Shown piece after piece: positions 35,950-48,221 of a stretch of 64,000 nucleotides of DNA; position 1 is the stretch's first letter; every line of letters begins with the position of its first letter. The DNA comes from Squalus acanthias (taxonomy: Eukaryota): contig CM059432.1 of assembly GCA_030390025.1 (NCBI GenBank), forward strand, positions 89,096,001 to 89,160,000, written 5' to 3'. The translations under genes and the position numbers were made by a program. The notes under the pieces were generated by a model. That model did not search any database. It was not told the DNA's origin and saw nothing but the letters and a program-made list of their open reading frames with translations.

Positions 35950-38900
35950 GAAGTAGGCCATACGGCCCCTCGAGCCTGCTCCACCATTCAATAAGGTCAT
36001 GGCTGATCTTCGACCTCAACTCCACTTTCCTGCCCGTTCTCTATATCCCGTCGATTCCCCTAGAGTCCAAAAATCTATCTATCTCAGCCTTGAAAATACT
36101 CAATGATTCAGCATTCACAGCCCTTTTGGGTAGGAAGTTCCAAAGTTTCACAACCCTCTGAGTGAAGAAATTCCTCCTCATCTCAGTCTTAAATGGCCGA
36201 AAACCTTATCCTGAGCCTATGCCTTCTAGTTCTATACTCTCCATCCAGGGGAAACAGCCTCTCAGCATCTACCCAGTCAATCCCCCTCAGAATCTTATAT
36301 GCTTCAATGAGATCGCCTGTCATTCTTCTAAACGCCAGAGAATATAGGAACAATCTACTCAATCTCTCCTCTTAGGAATCCCAGGAATCAATCCAGTGAA
36401 CCTTCGTTGCACCGCCTCTAAGGCAAGTATATCCTTTCTCAGATAAGGAGACCAAAACTGTCTCACCAAAGCCCTGTACAATTGTAGCAAGACGTTCTTA
36501 CTTTTATACTCCAACACCCTTGCAATAAAGGCCAACATGTCATTTTCACTCCTAATTGCTTGCTGTACCTGGATGCTAACTCTCTGTTTCCTGTACGAGG
36601 ACACCTAAATCTCTCTGAACACCAACATTTAATAGTTTGTCACCATTTAAAAAATATTCTGTTTTTCTATTCTTCCTACCAAAGTGAATAACCTCACATT
36701 TCCCCACATTATACTCCATTTGCCACCTTATTGCCCACTTACTTAACCTGTCTATATCCATTTGCAAGCTCTTTGTGTACTTGTGTATCGTCAGCAAACT
36801 TGTTTACATTACACTCGGTCCCTTCATCCAAGTCATTAATATAGATTGTAAATAGCTGAGGCCCAAGCACTGATCCTTGCGGCACTCCACTAGTTACAGC
36901 CTGCCAATCTGAAAATGACCCGTTTATCCCTGCTCTCTGTTTTCTGTCCATTAACCAATCCTCTATCTATGCTAATATATTACCCCAACCCCATGAGCCC
37001 TTATCTTGCATAGCAACCTTTTATGTGGCACCTTATCAAATGCCTTTTGGAAATCCAAATATACTACATCCATTGGTTCCTCTTTATCTACCCTGCTAGT
37101 TACCTTTCATAAAACCATGCTGACTCTGCCTAATCATATTATGATTTTCTAAGTGGCCTGTTACCACTTCTTTAATAATAGATTCCAGCATTTTCCTAAC
37201 GATGATGTCAGGCTAACTGGCCCGTAGTTCCCTGTTTTCTCTCTCCCTCCTTTCTTGAATAGCAGGGTTACATTTGCTACCTTCCAATCCAAGGGGACCG
37301 TTCCTGAATCTAGGGAACTTTGGAAGATCACAACCAATGCATCCACTATCTATGCAGCTACCTCTTTTAGAACCCATGGATGTAGGCCATCAGGTCCAGG
37401 GGATTTGTCAGCTTTTAGTCCCATTAGTTTCTCTACTGATCATAATTATTTTAAGTTCTTCACTCTCATTAGCCCCTTGGTACCCCGCTATTTTTGATAT
37501 GCATTTTGAGTCTCTGCTGTGAAGACAGATACAAAATATTTGTTTAAAGTCTCTGCCATTTCCTTATTCCCCATTTTAATTTCTCCTGTCTCAGTCTCAA
37601 AGAAACCAACACTTAATGTTGCTACTCTATTCCTTTTTACATACTTGTAGAAGCTCTTATATTCTCTTTATATGTTTCTTGCTAGTTTACACTCATTTTA
37701 TTTTCTCCCTTTTAAACAATTTTTTGTCATTCTTTGCTGGTTTCTAAAGCTCTCCCAATCTCAGGCTTACTACTATTCTTTGCAACATTATAAGCCTTTT
37801 CTTTTAATCTAATACTACCCTTAACTTCTTTAGTCAGCTACAGATGAATCACTTTTCCTGTGGAGTTTTTATTTCTCAATGGAATGTATATTCGTTGAAA
37901 ATTTTGGAATATTTCCTTAAATCTTTGCCACTGTTTATCTACTGTCATACCTTTTAATCTAATTTCCCAATCTACCTTCCTGAACCTGCCCCTCATACCT
38001 GTGTAATTGACTTTATTTAAGTTTAAGACTCTAGTTTCGCGCTTAAGTATTTCACTCTCAAACTCAATGTGAAATATTATGATCACTCTTCCCCAGAGGA
38101 TCCTTTACTATCAGATTACTAATTAACCTTGTCTGATTGCGCAATACTAGATTTAAAATGGTCTTCACTATAGAGGATACAAGTAGCATCCCAGAAATAG
38201 CTGTAAATCAGGAAATGGAAGGGAGGGAGGAATTCAAGAAAATTACAATCACCGGGGAAGTGGTACTGAGCAAATTGTTGAAGCTGCGGGCTGACAAGTC
38301 CCCGGGTCCTGATGGACTTCATCCTAGGGTCTTAAAAGAAGTGGCTAGTGAGATAGTTGATGCGTTGGTTTTAATTTTCCAAAAGGTTTCATTAGATTGG
38401 AAAATAGCGAATGTAACTCCTTTATTCAAAAAGGGAGGGAGACAGAAAGTAGGAAACTACAGGCCAGTTGGCTTAACATCTGCCATAGGGAAGATGTTAG
38501 AAGCTATTATTAAAGACGTTATAGCAGGGCACTTAGAAAAGTTCAAGGTAATCAGGCAGAGTCAACATGGTTTTGTGAAAGGGAAATCATGTTTAACTAA
38601 TTTATTGGAGTTCTTTGAGGAAGTAACATGTGCTGTTGATAAAGGGGAACCGGTGGATGTACTGTACTTAGATTTCCAGAAGGCATATGATAAGGTGCCT
38701 CATCAAAGGTTATTGCGGAAAATAAAAGCTCATGGTGTAGGGGGTAACATATTGGCATGGATAGAAGATTGGCTAGCTAACAGAAAACAGAGAGTAGGCA
38801 TAAATGGGTCATTTTCTGGTTGGCAAGATGTAACGAGTGGTGTGCCACAGGGATCAGTGCTGGGCCTCAACTTTTTACAATTTATATAAATGACTTAGAT

Positions 38901-40090
38901 GAAGGGACCAAATGTATAGTTGCTAAATTTGCTGATGACACAAAGATAGGTAGGAAAGTAAATTGTGAAGACGACATAAGGAGGCTACAAAGGGATATAG
39001 ATAGGTTAAGCGAGTGGGCAAAGATCTGGCAAATGGAGTATAATGTGGGAAAATGTGAAATTGTCCAGTTTGGAAGGAAGAATAAAAGAGAAGCATATTA
39101 TCTAAATGGTGAGAGATTGCAGAGCTCTGAGATGCAGAGGTATCTGGGTGTCCGAGTGCATAAATCGCAAAAGTTTAGTATGCAAGTAATTAGGAAAGCT
39201 AATAGAATGTTATAGTTTATTGCGAGGGGAATTGAATACAAAAAGTAGGGAGGTTATGCTTCAGTTATACAGGGCATTGGTGAGACCACATCTGGAGTAC
39301 TGTGTACAGTATTGGTCTCCTTATTTAAGGAAGGATGTAAATGCATTGGAAGCAGTTCAGAGGAGGTTTACTAGACTAATACCTGGAATGGGCGGGTTGT
39401 CTTATGAGGAAAGGTTGGACAGGCTAGGCTTGTATCCGCTGGAGTTTAGAAGAGTAAGAGGTGACTTGATTGAAACATATAAAATCCTGAGGGGTCTTGA
39501 CAGGGTGGATGTGGAGAGGATGTTTCCTCTTGTGGGAGAATCTATAATTCGGGGTCACTGTTTAAAAATAAGGGGTCGCCCATTTAAGACAGATGAGGAG
39601 AAATTTTTTTTCACAGAGGGTCGTGAGTCATTGGAACTCTCTTCCTCAGAGGGCGGTGGAAGCAGAGTCTTTGAATATTTTTAAGGCAGAGATAGATAGA
39701 TTCTTGATAAGCAAGGGGGTGAAAGGTTATCGGGGGTAAGTGGGAATGTGGAGTAATCAGATCAGTCACGATCTTATTGAATGGCGGAGCAGCTTTGAGG
39801 GGCCAAGTGGCCTACTCCTGCTCCTAATTCGTATGTTCGTGTGTATGTTCGTAAAATAGTCTGTTCCCTGGTTGGTTCTACAACATATTGTTCTAGGAAA
39901 CGAATGCATTCAATGAACCCCTAGCCCCCTCCAGACTACCTTTGCCAATTTGATTTGCCCAGTCAGCAGCTTAAATTCCCCCATGATCATTGCATTACCT
40001 TTGTTACAAGCTCCTATTATTTGTTGATCAATACTCTTTCCAAAGGTATAGCTACTTTTAGGGGGCCTATAAACGACTCCCACTAAACAT
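35950..40090 (-). mobile_element. CR1 LINE ORF2 (EN-RT-3' tail), decayed, split by the 38161-39852 insertion
   Basis: VGVVYRPP (EN, ~40080), [31 protein letters not shown], 3' tail near 35950. Confidence 0.9.
38161..39852 (+). mobile_element. 5'-truncated CR1 LINE with RT domain (frameshifted)
   Basis: ORFs 38137-38889, 38820-39215 and 39220-39684 ([25 protein letters not shown]); tail (TATGTTCG)n; approximate TSD TAAAAT(G/A)G. Confidence 0.93.
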
Positions 40091-40169
40091 GACAATACAT
40101 CAGCCCTCTTTGCCCCTACATGGTGATGTGGGGCTTAGGAGCAGGAGCAAGCAGGAAATGGCAATGGGT

Positions 40170-40287
40170 CATGTTGGAAATACTCAGCAGGTCAGGCAGC
40201 ATCTGTGGAGAGAGAAACAAAGTTAACGTTTCAGGTCAATTAAATATTTTATTTCAGATTTCCACCATCCACAGTATTTTGCTTTTG
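40170..40287. mobile_element. Short Penelope-like repeat remnant
   Basis: TGGAAATACTCAGCAGGTCAGGCAGCATCTGTGGAGAGAGAAAC...GTTAACGTTTCAGG resembles a common shark PLE terminal repeat (recognised from memory). Confidence 0.45.
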
Positions 40288-41138
40288 TGTTGTAATGGAT
40301 GATGTTACTTGCTTTACCAGTGAAAACACATGTCCACCATTCTGCAACCGCCTCCTCTGATGATTGCAAATGTGCCAGTAAAGAGGCAGGGCCAAATTTC
40401 ACTCACAACTGTGGAAGTGCTGCAGCCTGTAACTGGACCATCTTAGACCCATGCTCACAGAGGTGAAGTGCCACCTCAATGGCAGGAGACTCTCATAGAT
40501 ACATAGCTGCAAAGTACCTCACAGGCTCCAGCTATGGGACTGCACTGAGAAACAGCAAAAAATGAAGAAGTACAGCACAACACATATAGACTGTTGGAAA
40601 GGGAAAGCACATCAGTGGCAGGCACTAGTATCAGAGACACATCACATTTTTGATAACACATGGTGGTATTGGAGCTGCAGCACATGCAAACAATTTCATT
40701 TATGTAGTTGAGAAACTATTAGGTTTTCTGTGTAAATGTAGAGGATGGTCAATTCTTCCAGGGTATGGGAAAACTATTCATGCAAAGGTTAGGTGGGGCA
40801 ATTAAGAAAAGGTATTGGTCTAGAAATTGGATATGACCACGAAACGGGCAGTGTTAAGGCCCAACGATGTTAAGCATGGCCAGGTAAAAATGGTCTAGTT
40901 AGCACGCAACATTCGTGCTCAGTCCTCATTAACATGATTGTAGTCCTGATTTCAGTGCTAAAACCACTGCTTATTAGCTTAACGCTTAACAGGTCAGCCA
41001 ATAGCGGGTCCAGCCAATTGCCAGTCATGCTTGCCACAGGCTTTATACAGTACTTAAAGAAGAGGTGCATTGATGCTGCAGCACCTCATTGTCAAGCCAC
41101 TCACAAATTCAACTGGAAGAAGACGGCATTGCAAACAC

Positions 41139-44100
41139 ATGGCAGAGCCTCAGCACAGGGAGAGCCCGCAGATTCTCCGATGAGGCTCTTGAGGCACTGG
41201 TCATGGCTGTGGAGAGGAGGCAGGCTGTCCTCTTCCCACACACCGACAGGAAGCCGTCGTCACACACCTCTGGAAGGCTCTGGCAGGAGATAGCTGCTTA
41301 TGTGACGGCCAGCACTGTGGTCCCAAGGTTGGCCATCCAATGCCGAAAGAAGTTTAGTGAAGGCTTCAGCAAATGCCATATCCCATCATCTCCACCACAA
41401 GCCTCACGCACTGCTCAATGCACCACACCCCCAGCACTCACCTACCAACAATCTCTACCTATCCCCACTCACACCTCACAATCATAGCTTCACTTCACCC
41501 TCACAACCTTACCACTGCTGCAACACTCACACCCACATCTCACACCTTGCACACTGATAGCTATTCAACTATGGCAGGCACATCACCCAAACTAATTGCA
41601 CCACATGCACTCACACACTTCTCTTTCTCTTGTAGGCCAAGGTCGCATATAATCAGAGAGAGCAGCGGCAGACAGGCGGGGGTCAGGCTGCCATTCACGA
41701 CCTCAGCCAGCTGGAGGCGAGCGTGCTGGAGATCATTGGGCGGTAGATCATGGAGGCTGTGGCAACCGGCGAGGTTGAACCCCTTGGGGACAAAAATGGT
41801 ATGCTCATTCCTAATCCTTCTTCTCACATCCCACTTCCTCCTCATCTCACAATCTCGTCTCACTTTCAAGCTGCTGATGTTGTATGCATGCATATCTTGC
41901 TCCCCCTACCTCCCCTCACCGTAACCCGACTCTTGTGCCTTTCTGCTTTCAGCTAATCAAGACCAAGCACCTGAGCAGCCTGTCCCTGAGGCGATGCACG
42001 AGAGTGAGGGGGGAGAAGAAGAAGACACAGCAGCACTGCATCTGTCACTCGCAGACAATAGCTAGAAACTGGCACTGCAGCGTACTTTAGAGGCTAGTGT
42101 AGAGGCTAGTGTAGTGTCTGCACAGGGTGAGGCACCAGGCACGAGTGGGCTGCAGCAAGGCCAGGGGGAACAGGTAGCTCGGGGGCCAGCTCCCCAGAGG
42201 GCGAGTTCATGTGCGAGCTCTGCTGCACACGACTCAGATGAGGTCCTCGATGGGGCGGCCTTCAGAAGAAGGGTGATAGGCATGCTGAAGAACAACAAGG
42301 CCTCAGGAGCAGATGGAATCCCCACCGAGGTGCTAAAACATGGCGGAGAAGCACTATTGCGCAAATACATGAACTCATTTCTTTTATTTGGAAGGAGGAG
42401 AGCATGCCAGGGGATCTCAGAGACGCCGTAATCGTGACCATCTTCAAAAAAGGTGACAAGTCCGATTGCGGTAATTACAGAGGAGTCTCCCTGCTGTCTG
42501 CCACAGGGAAAGTCATCACAAGATTCCTCCTCAATTGCCTTCTCCCAGTGGCTGAAGAGCTCCTCCCAGAGTCGCAATGTGGATTCCGCTCACTAAGGGG
42601 CACAATGGGCATGATCTTCACCGTGCGTCAATTACAAGAGAAGTGCAGGGAACAGCACCAACCGCTGTACATGGCCTTCTTTGACCTCACAAAGGCCTTC
42701 GACACCGTCAACCGTGAGGGATTATGGAGTGTCCTCCTCAAATTCGGCTGCCCTCAAAAGTTTGTCACCATCCTCCGCCTGCTTCACGACGACATGCAAT
42801 CCGTGATCCTGACCAACGGATCCACCACAGACCCAATTCATGTACGGACCAGGGTCAAGCAAGGCTGTGTCGTCGCACCAACACTCTTCTCGATCTTCCT
42901 GGCTGCAATGCTCCATCTCACCCTCAGTAAGCTCCCTGCTGGAGTGGAGCTAATCTACAGAACAAACGGGAAACTGTTCAACCTCCGTCGCCTCCAGTCC
43001 AGATCCAATGTCATCCCATCCCCTGTCATCGAATTACAGTATGCAGATGATGCTTGCGTCTACGCACACTCTGAGGCCGAACTCCAAACCATCGTCAACG
43101 GCTTCACCGAAGCGTACGAGAGCATGGGCCTTACACTAAACATCCGTAAGACAAAGGTCCTCTACCAACCTGCCCCCGCCACACAGTACTGCTCTCCGAT
43201 TATCAAAATCCATGACGAGGCCTTGGACAACGTGGACCACTTTCCATACCTCAGGAGCCTACTGTCAACAAGGGCAGACGTCGATGATGAAGTCCAACAC
43301 CGCCTTCAGTGTGCCAGTGCAGCCTTCAGTCGCCTGAGGAAGAGAGTGTTTGAAGACCAGGACCTCAAACTCAGCACCAAGCTCATAGTCTACAGAGCAG
43401 TAGTGATAGCCGCCCTCCTGTATGCTTCCGAGACATGGACCATGTACAGCAGGCACCTCAAAGCACTGGAGAGGTACCACCAATGCTGCCTCCGCAAGAT
43501 CCTGCAAATCCATTGGCAGGATAGGCGCACCAACGTCAGTGTTCTCGCTCAGGCCAGCATCGAAGCTTTGACCACGCTCAATCAGCTCCGATGGACGGGC
43601 CACATCGTCCGCATGCCCGATACGAGACTCGCAAAACAAGCACTCTACTCGGAGCTCCGAAATGGCAAGAGAGCCCCAGGTGGGCAGAGGAAACGCTTCA
43701 AGGACACCCTCAAAGTCTCCTTGAAAAAGTGCAACATCCCCACCGACACCTGGGAATCCCTGGCCCAAGACCGCACAAAGTGGAGGAGAAGCATCCGGGA
43801 AGGCGCCAAACACCTCGAGTCTCTTCGCCGGGAGCAAGCGGAAGTCAAGCGCCGCTCTGGGGCAGTGGCAGTGGGTCAGTACAGCAGGACCCTGCCGTCC
43901 TCTCTCAGATGACAGCATTTATCCTCCCACCACTGCCGCTCTGCCATTGCCCTTGCCGCTGCCTGTCGGCCAGCCAGCCCAGACTGCTGCCGCCCATGCC
44001 AAGGTAGTGCAGTCTACAGCCGGGGCTTCTAGGTCCACAGCTGCTCGAGGTCGTCCTGCAAGGCCATCTGCAGTCTCCCCCATAGAAACTCAGCAGCCTT

Positions 44101-44200
44101 CCACCAGCCATGCTGCAGCCACTGGGGGAGCACTTCGTCAGAGCACTAGGACAGGCAAGGACACCCAAACAACAGGCTCTAAGGGATTGCACAAGGGTGA
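41139..44200 (+). pseudogene. Harbinger Myb/SANT gene interrupted by an RTE LINE
   Basis: RFSDEALEALVMAVERRQAVLFP...LWQEIA...IQCRKKF; exon 2 at ~41636-41798; exon 3 from ~41953. Confidence 0.75.
42283..43852 (+). mobile_element. RTE-clade LINE fragment with an open RT domain
   Basis: 502-aa ORF: NYRGVSLL, FDLTKAFDTV, VKQGCVVAP, LQYADD, LRWTGHIVRM, GGQRKRFKDTLK. Truncated at both ends; no TSD seen. Confidence 0.93.
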
Positions 44201-44477
44201 TTACTTCAGATCGTTTGTGTGTATTGATTTTGGATAAATTTATTAATTTTGTTTGGAATCTTTTGCCGTGGCTCTCACTTCAGCTTTCTGCCCAGGAGGA
44301 CACTGTGATATACCATGTCAGAGGGATGGTGTGATGGAGATGTGGTGAGCAACGGGGATTTGGGGTTTCATTCATTGGAATCGGAGTCGGATGAGGCATT
44401 CACAGACAGCCCATCCGGAATGGAGATTGGCTGTGTAGGGGGTGGTGTGGTAGGGGTCAGCCTCACCTCTGACTCAG

Positions 44478-45743
44478 TGAGCGGGTTGAATCGCTCCCAC
44501 GCCCCTGGTTCAGACCTTGGACTTATTTAGGGGTTGTGAATAAAGATGCAGTAGACAACAGGTTCCGATGAAAGAATTTTGACTTTTATTAAAAGAAAAA
44601 AAGGTAACAAACTTAAAACACACTTAACACTTAAACAGGTTGGGGAACACACGGTACAGGCGAGGGAGAATGACAATATACAAAAACCCTTATCCCTCCC
44701 AAAAATCCCACTATCTAGCTAGGTTTCGGTTTCTGGAGATCAGGGATATTGCTCACCAAACAGGGGTTTTGACAGTGCGAAATCCAGCCAGGTAAGTTGA
44801 TTGCGATTTTGAGGTACTCTCTTTTTGTCCTTTGGGGCCTGCCGTCCCCACGTGGTACCGGTCTGTGAAATCTGTGATGGTGGTCTGGTCGTCGGGTGTC
44901 TTGCTGGAACTTGCTGCTTCTCTCCTCCTCCTGCTCGTGTCGTGTGCTGTAGACCCGTCTGTGTCTTGCTGGAACGTGCTGCTTCTGGAACAGAGCTGAG
45001 AGAGAGAGCTTCTTGGGGGATTGGGACCTCAATTATACTGTTCGGACCCTTTGTCTTTTTCGCGCCAAAACCCCTTACTAAAACGGTTTCGTGTTGAAGT
45101 GAATTAGGTTTCAGTTGAGGCCTGCTCATTCCATTGTCTTGGTTTTGCGGGCTAATTAAGTTTTGATGGGTTGAACTTTGTGTTAAATTGTCCTGAACTC
45201 TCTTCTTACTGAACTGTTGTAACTGCTTGATGGGCCTTCAATTATACTAAATTGAAGTGGCCTTATCAAAACCAAATCAAATCCTGGTCATTGTAAGACC
45301 TCGTCAACAGTAACGACCCTACCAAGTGTCAAATGGCTTGCGTCCTGTCGATCTGTTGTTCAATCGGAGCCCGCATTGTCCTCATGTTTTGGGTTTCTTG
45401 CTGGGCCTAGCACTCCTATCTTTATGCATGTCTTTAATGGATTCTGCGATAGGTTTTAATGGTTCCTGTGTTTTGGGTGGGGCGGCCTTCTCCCAGGGCC
45501 TATTGTCCAAATGTTAATGTTTGCTGGGGCTTGAATTCCCAGACAATGCAATACCCAAAACTGCTATTTACAGAGGTTGAACCGACGTCCTGTGCAGCCC
45601 CCTCTCCCTTACATGTCGACATGTTCTTTTAAAATGCCAAAGCATGGTTTTGGTCTTAAATTCCTTATTTTTATCACTCTGGGGTAGATCCAAAGTCCTT
45701 TTTCCTTAGGTTTTGGGGATCTGCAAATTTTGGAAACTTTACA
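44478..45743 (-). repeat. 3' LTR (~1.27 kb)
   Basis: Starts TGT after the PPT; TATAAT at 45037-45032 followed by a CT-rich tract; AATAAA at 44590-44585; ends ...CA at 44478 (alternative end 44470). Confidence 0.78.
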
Positions 45744-45754
45744 GTCCCCCCTTC
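45744..45754 (-). promoter_or_regulatory. Polypurine tract
   Basis: GAAGGGGGGAC immediately 5' of the LTR start TGTAAAG on the minus strand. Confidence 0.8.
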
Positions 45755-46090
45755 GATACTTTCAGTTCACTACAGTATCGTCCTGGGTGGACAAAATTCC
45801 TGATCCCCGAAAACCAACCTTCCCCTGTAATTCCTAAACTAAAACCCAAACATACATTCCCCTTTAAATGTGGTGTTTTAGGTACATACAGGTAAGAAAA
45901 TCTTTATTTCACAACCAAGCACGGAGAGGGTCCGACACCCCTGCAATGCTTGGGAAAACACATATATCTTTATTAAAAAGAACAAAACACAAAAAAACAA
46001 CAATCTTTATTCAGGAACACAGAATAAAAAAATTCAAACAGGTGTATCTCTCTCCACCTCAGCATAATGCTTCTTCCAAGTCCTTTCATT

Positions 46091-48214
46091 TCAGAACTGT
46101 AGTATTCTGCCCTTTCCCTTGCACTGAGTGCACAACAGGTACAACACTATTCCCAGTTGGCAAACTACGAGGATGTGGGAAGCCATTCTGACCCATGAAG
46201 GGACCTCTATGTTTTCGAAGATGTCCCACCAGGGTGAGACTGTGATACCTTGAATCTCTCTCTCTATCTCGTGTGTTTTCTGTTCTAAATTGTAGAAATG
46301 TTTTTGAGAGAGCTCTACAGCTTTTAGTAACTTGGTAAGGCGTTCTGGTAGAGGGGGAATTTCGTAGCCAAAATGTGCTACATATTTTTGCAGGTTGGTG
46401 AAATTTTGTGTTACAGTGAGGTGAACAGTGGAGGGTTCAGGAATGGGGACAATCCGTTCCTGGGCCACTTGAACTTCTGCCTCGGGTTTAAAGCAGAAAC
46501 TGCTGTCACTTACCGGACACCAGGTATGCTGTCTATGCTGGTAGTGAGGCGCGCTGGTGGTGACACAATATGTCCCACCTCCTATATATGCTACCTGTGG
46601 GGGAACATGGTCTTGTGCCATTACCTCCATGGTACAGTTTATAGGTCTTGCGCCAGCAGCTTTAAACCCGCACTGTGGTTTAGAATAGGCGTTCAAGTGC
46701 TGGGGACACAGTATTATGTGTGCTCCCCGGCTCTGGCACCCGGAGAGGTCTGTACCTGTCATAGCATGCTCCCACTTTATGACATTAGGTGGGACCGCTG
46801 TGAAATGGATGTGTGCACCCCCTTGAATGACTGCAATGTTCTCCACCCTGTATACCGGTGCGGGTCGGGCCGTCCCACCCATGACCAGCATCCTCACCAC
46901 TATCCCCATGATAGTGTGATTGGAACACTCACAATCTACTGGTACAGGGTAGGCTTCAGAGGCTAGACGGAGCTGACACGGGCTTAGTGAATTCTCAAAT
47001 GGGTGGAGGGCTGCGAGGTGCTTGTTGCTGATCCAGGAGGAGACTAAACCTTGCTTTAAATCCTCCAGGTTACTCTGGCCCTCGCCTAGCAACCATGCCC
47101 CGTACAGTACGCACACCTCGTTCTGTGCAGCCTGGTCTGATGCATTCCTGTCCTCCCATATGAGTGCATTCACTGTCTTTGCGTGCCTTTCCAGCTCAGC
47201 AATGATTTCTTTTAAATGGACCGTCATAGCTTGGTCCTCGTGTAACTCTGAGCCCACTACTGTATTTTCATCCATTAAGATTTTGCGTAATTGTGTTTTT
47301 AAACCGTTTATTTGTGTCTGCAATTCTATGTCATCCAGACTGTTGATGACAGAGGATCCTGTATTTAATGCTGTGAATACATCATTCCAGGTTCCCCTCC
47401 TTTGTCTCCCCGTATTGCTAAAATACTAAGTGTGTGCAGTGTACAGTTCTGTTTCGTCTACGTTTGCGAAATCGAAATCGTAGAACTTCCTGAACATTTC
47501 TCTCAACAGGGCCTGGTATAGCTGTTCCGTCTCTTTGGGGCACCACTCAGGTAAGTGTACCTCCGTGAGGTTTAGGATCACGGAAGCTACTGCATAGTGT
47601 ACCCCCTGGTATAGCACCTTTTCGGTTGGCACTAGTACCAGCCCATTCCCTGGTCCCTTGGTGGTGGTAGGGCACGTCTCTGTGTGTGTCCTTGCTGTCT
47701 GGGTCATGGGCAGGGGCTTACGGGCGTGTGCCACGAGTTCAGTGGCCTTAACTGGGGCTGGAGAGGGTGGGACTATGCAAGTGTGTAGGTGGGAATCCCA
47801 TTCCACCCCCTTCCCCTTATCCAGCCATGCTGCGGAAAAGATAATAGATATGCCCGTGGGGCAGGCCTTCCGCGACCCCCACATGCAGACATAGATCCCC
47901 TGTTCCGATTTCCACCACTTGTCCCAGCACACGCTCACCCCCCTATGGTCCCCTGTAATGGTCCGATGGGTGTCGTTCCCCAGTTTCTCCCAGTCAGCTG
48001 TACGGTCCCCCATGTCTCTGCTCAGCTTCCTGAGCCACCACCACCTTCCCAGGGGAATCTGTCCTCTGCAGGTCAGACACACGCGTTTCCCCTCAGTGAC
48101 CCCGACCCGAGTGGCTACAACCTGTATGCTGGGGCAGGGGAGGGAGGTCTCCCCGTAGGTGAGCCCGGTCTGACTGAGTATCGGGTGGAGTTAGATCCCA
48201 GCCACCCTGGCCAT
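46091..48214 (-). pseudogene. env: Envelope glycoprotein, F-like class I fusion protein with N-terminal Ig-like domain (707 codons, 2 in-frame stops)
   Basis: ORFs 47426-48082 and 46091-47323 are in one frame with an ATG at 48214 in Kozak context AAGATGG. Stops are TAA 48193-48191 and TAG 47428-47426. Furin site RQRR|GTWNDVFTALNTGSSVINSL, heptads, Cys-rich region, C-terminal TM. Confidence 0.85.
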
Positions 48215-48221
48215 CTTCCCA

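Noticed and set aside
42114..42431. In-frame fusion of Myb exon 3 to RTE ORF2
   Set aside because: An in-frame join has a one-in-three chance. A frameshift follows within ~30 codons, and upstream Myb exons are already disrupted.
44715..45129. Accessory gene inside the LTR
   Set aside because: These are short low-complexity ORFs overlapping the putative TATA/R region, with no supporting motif.
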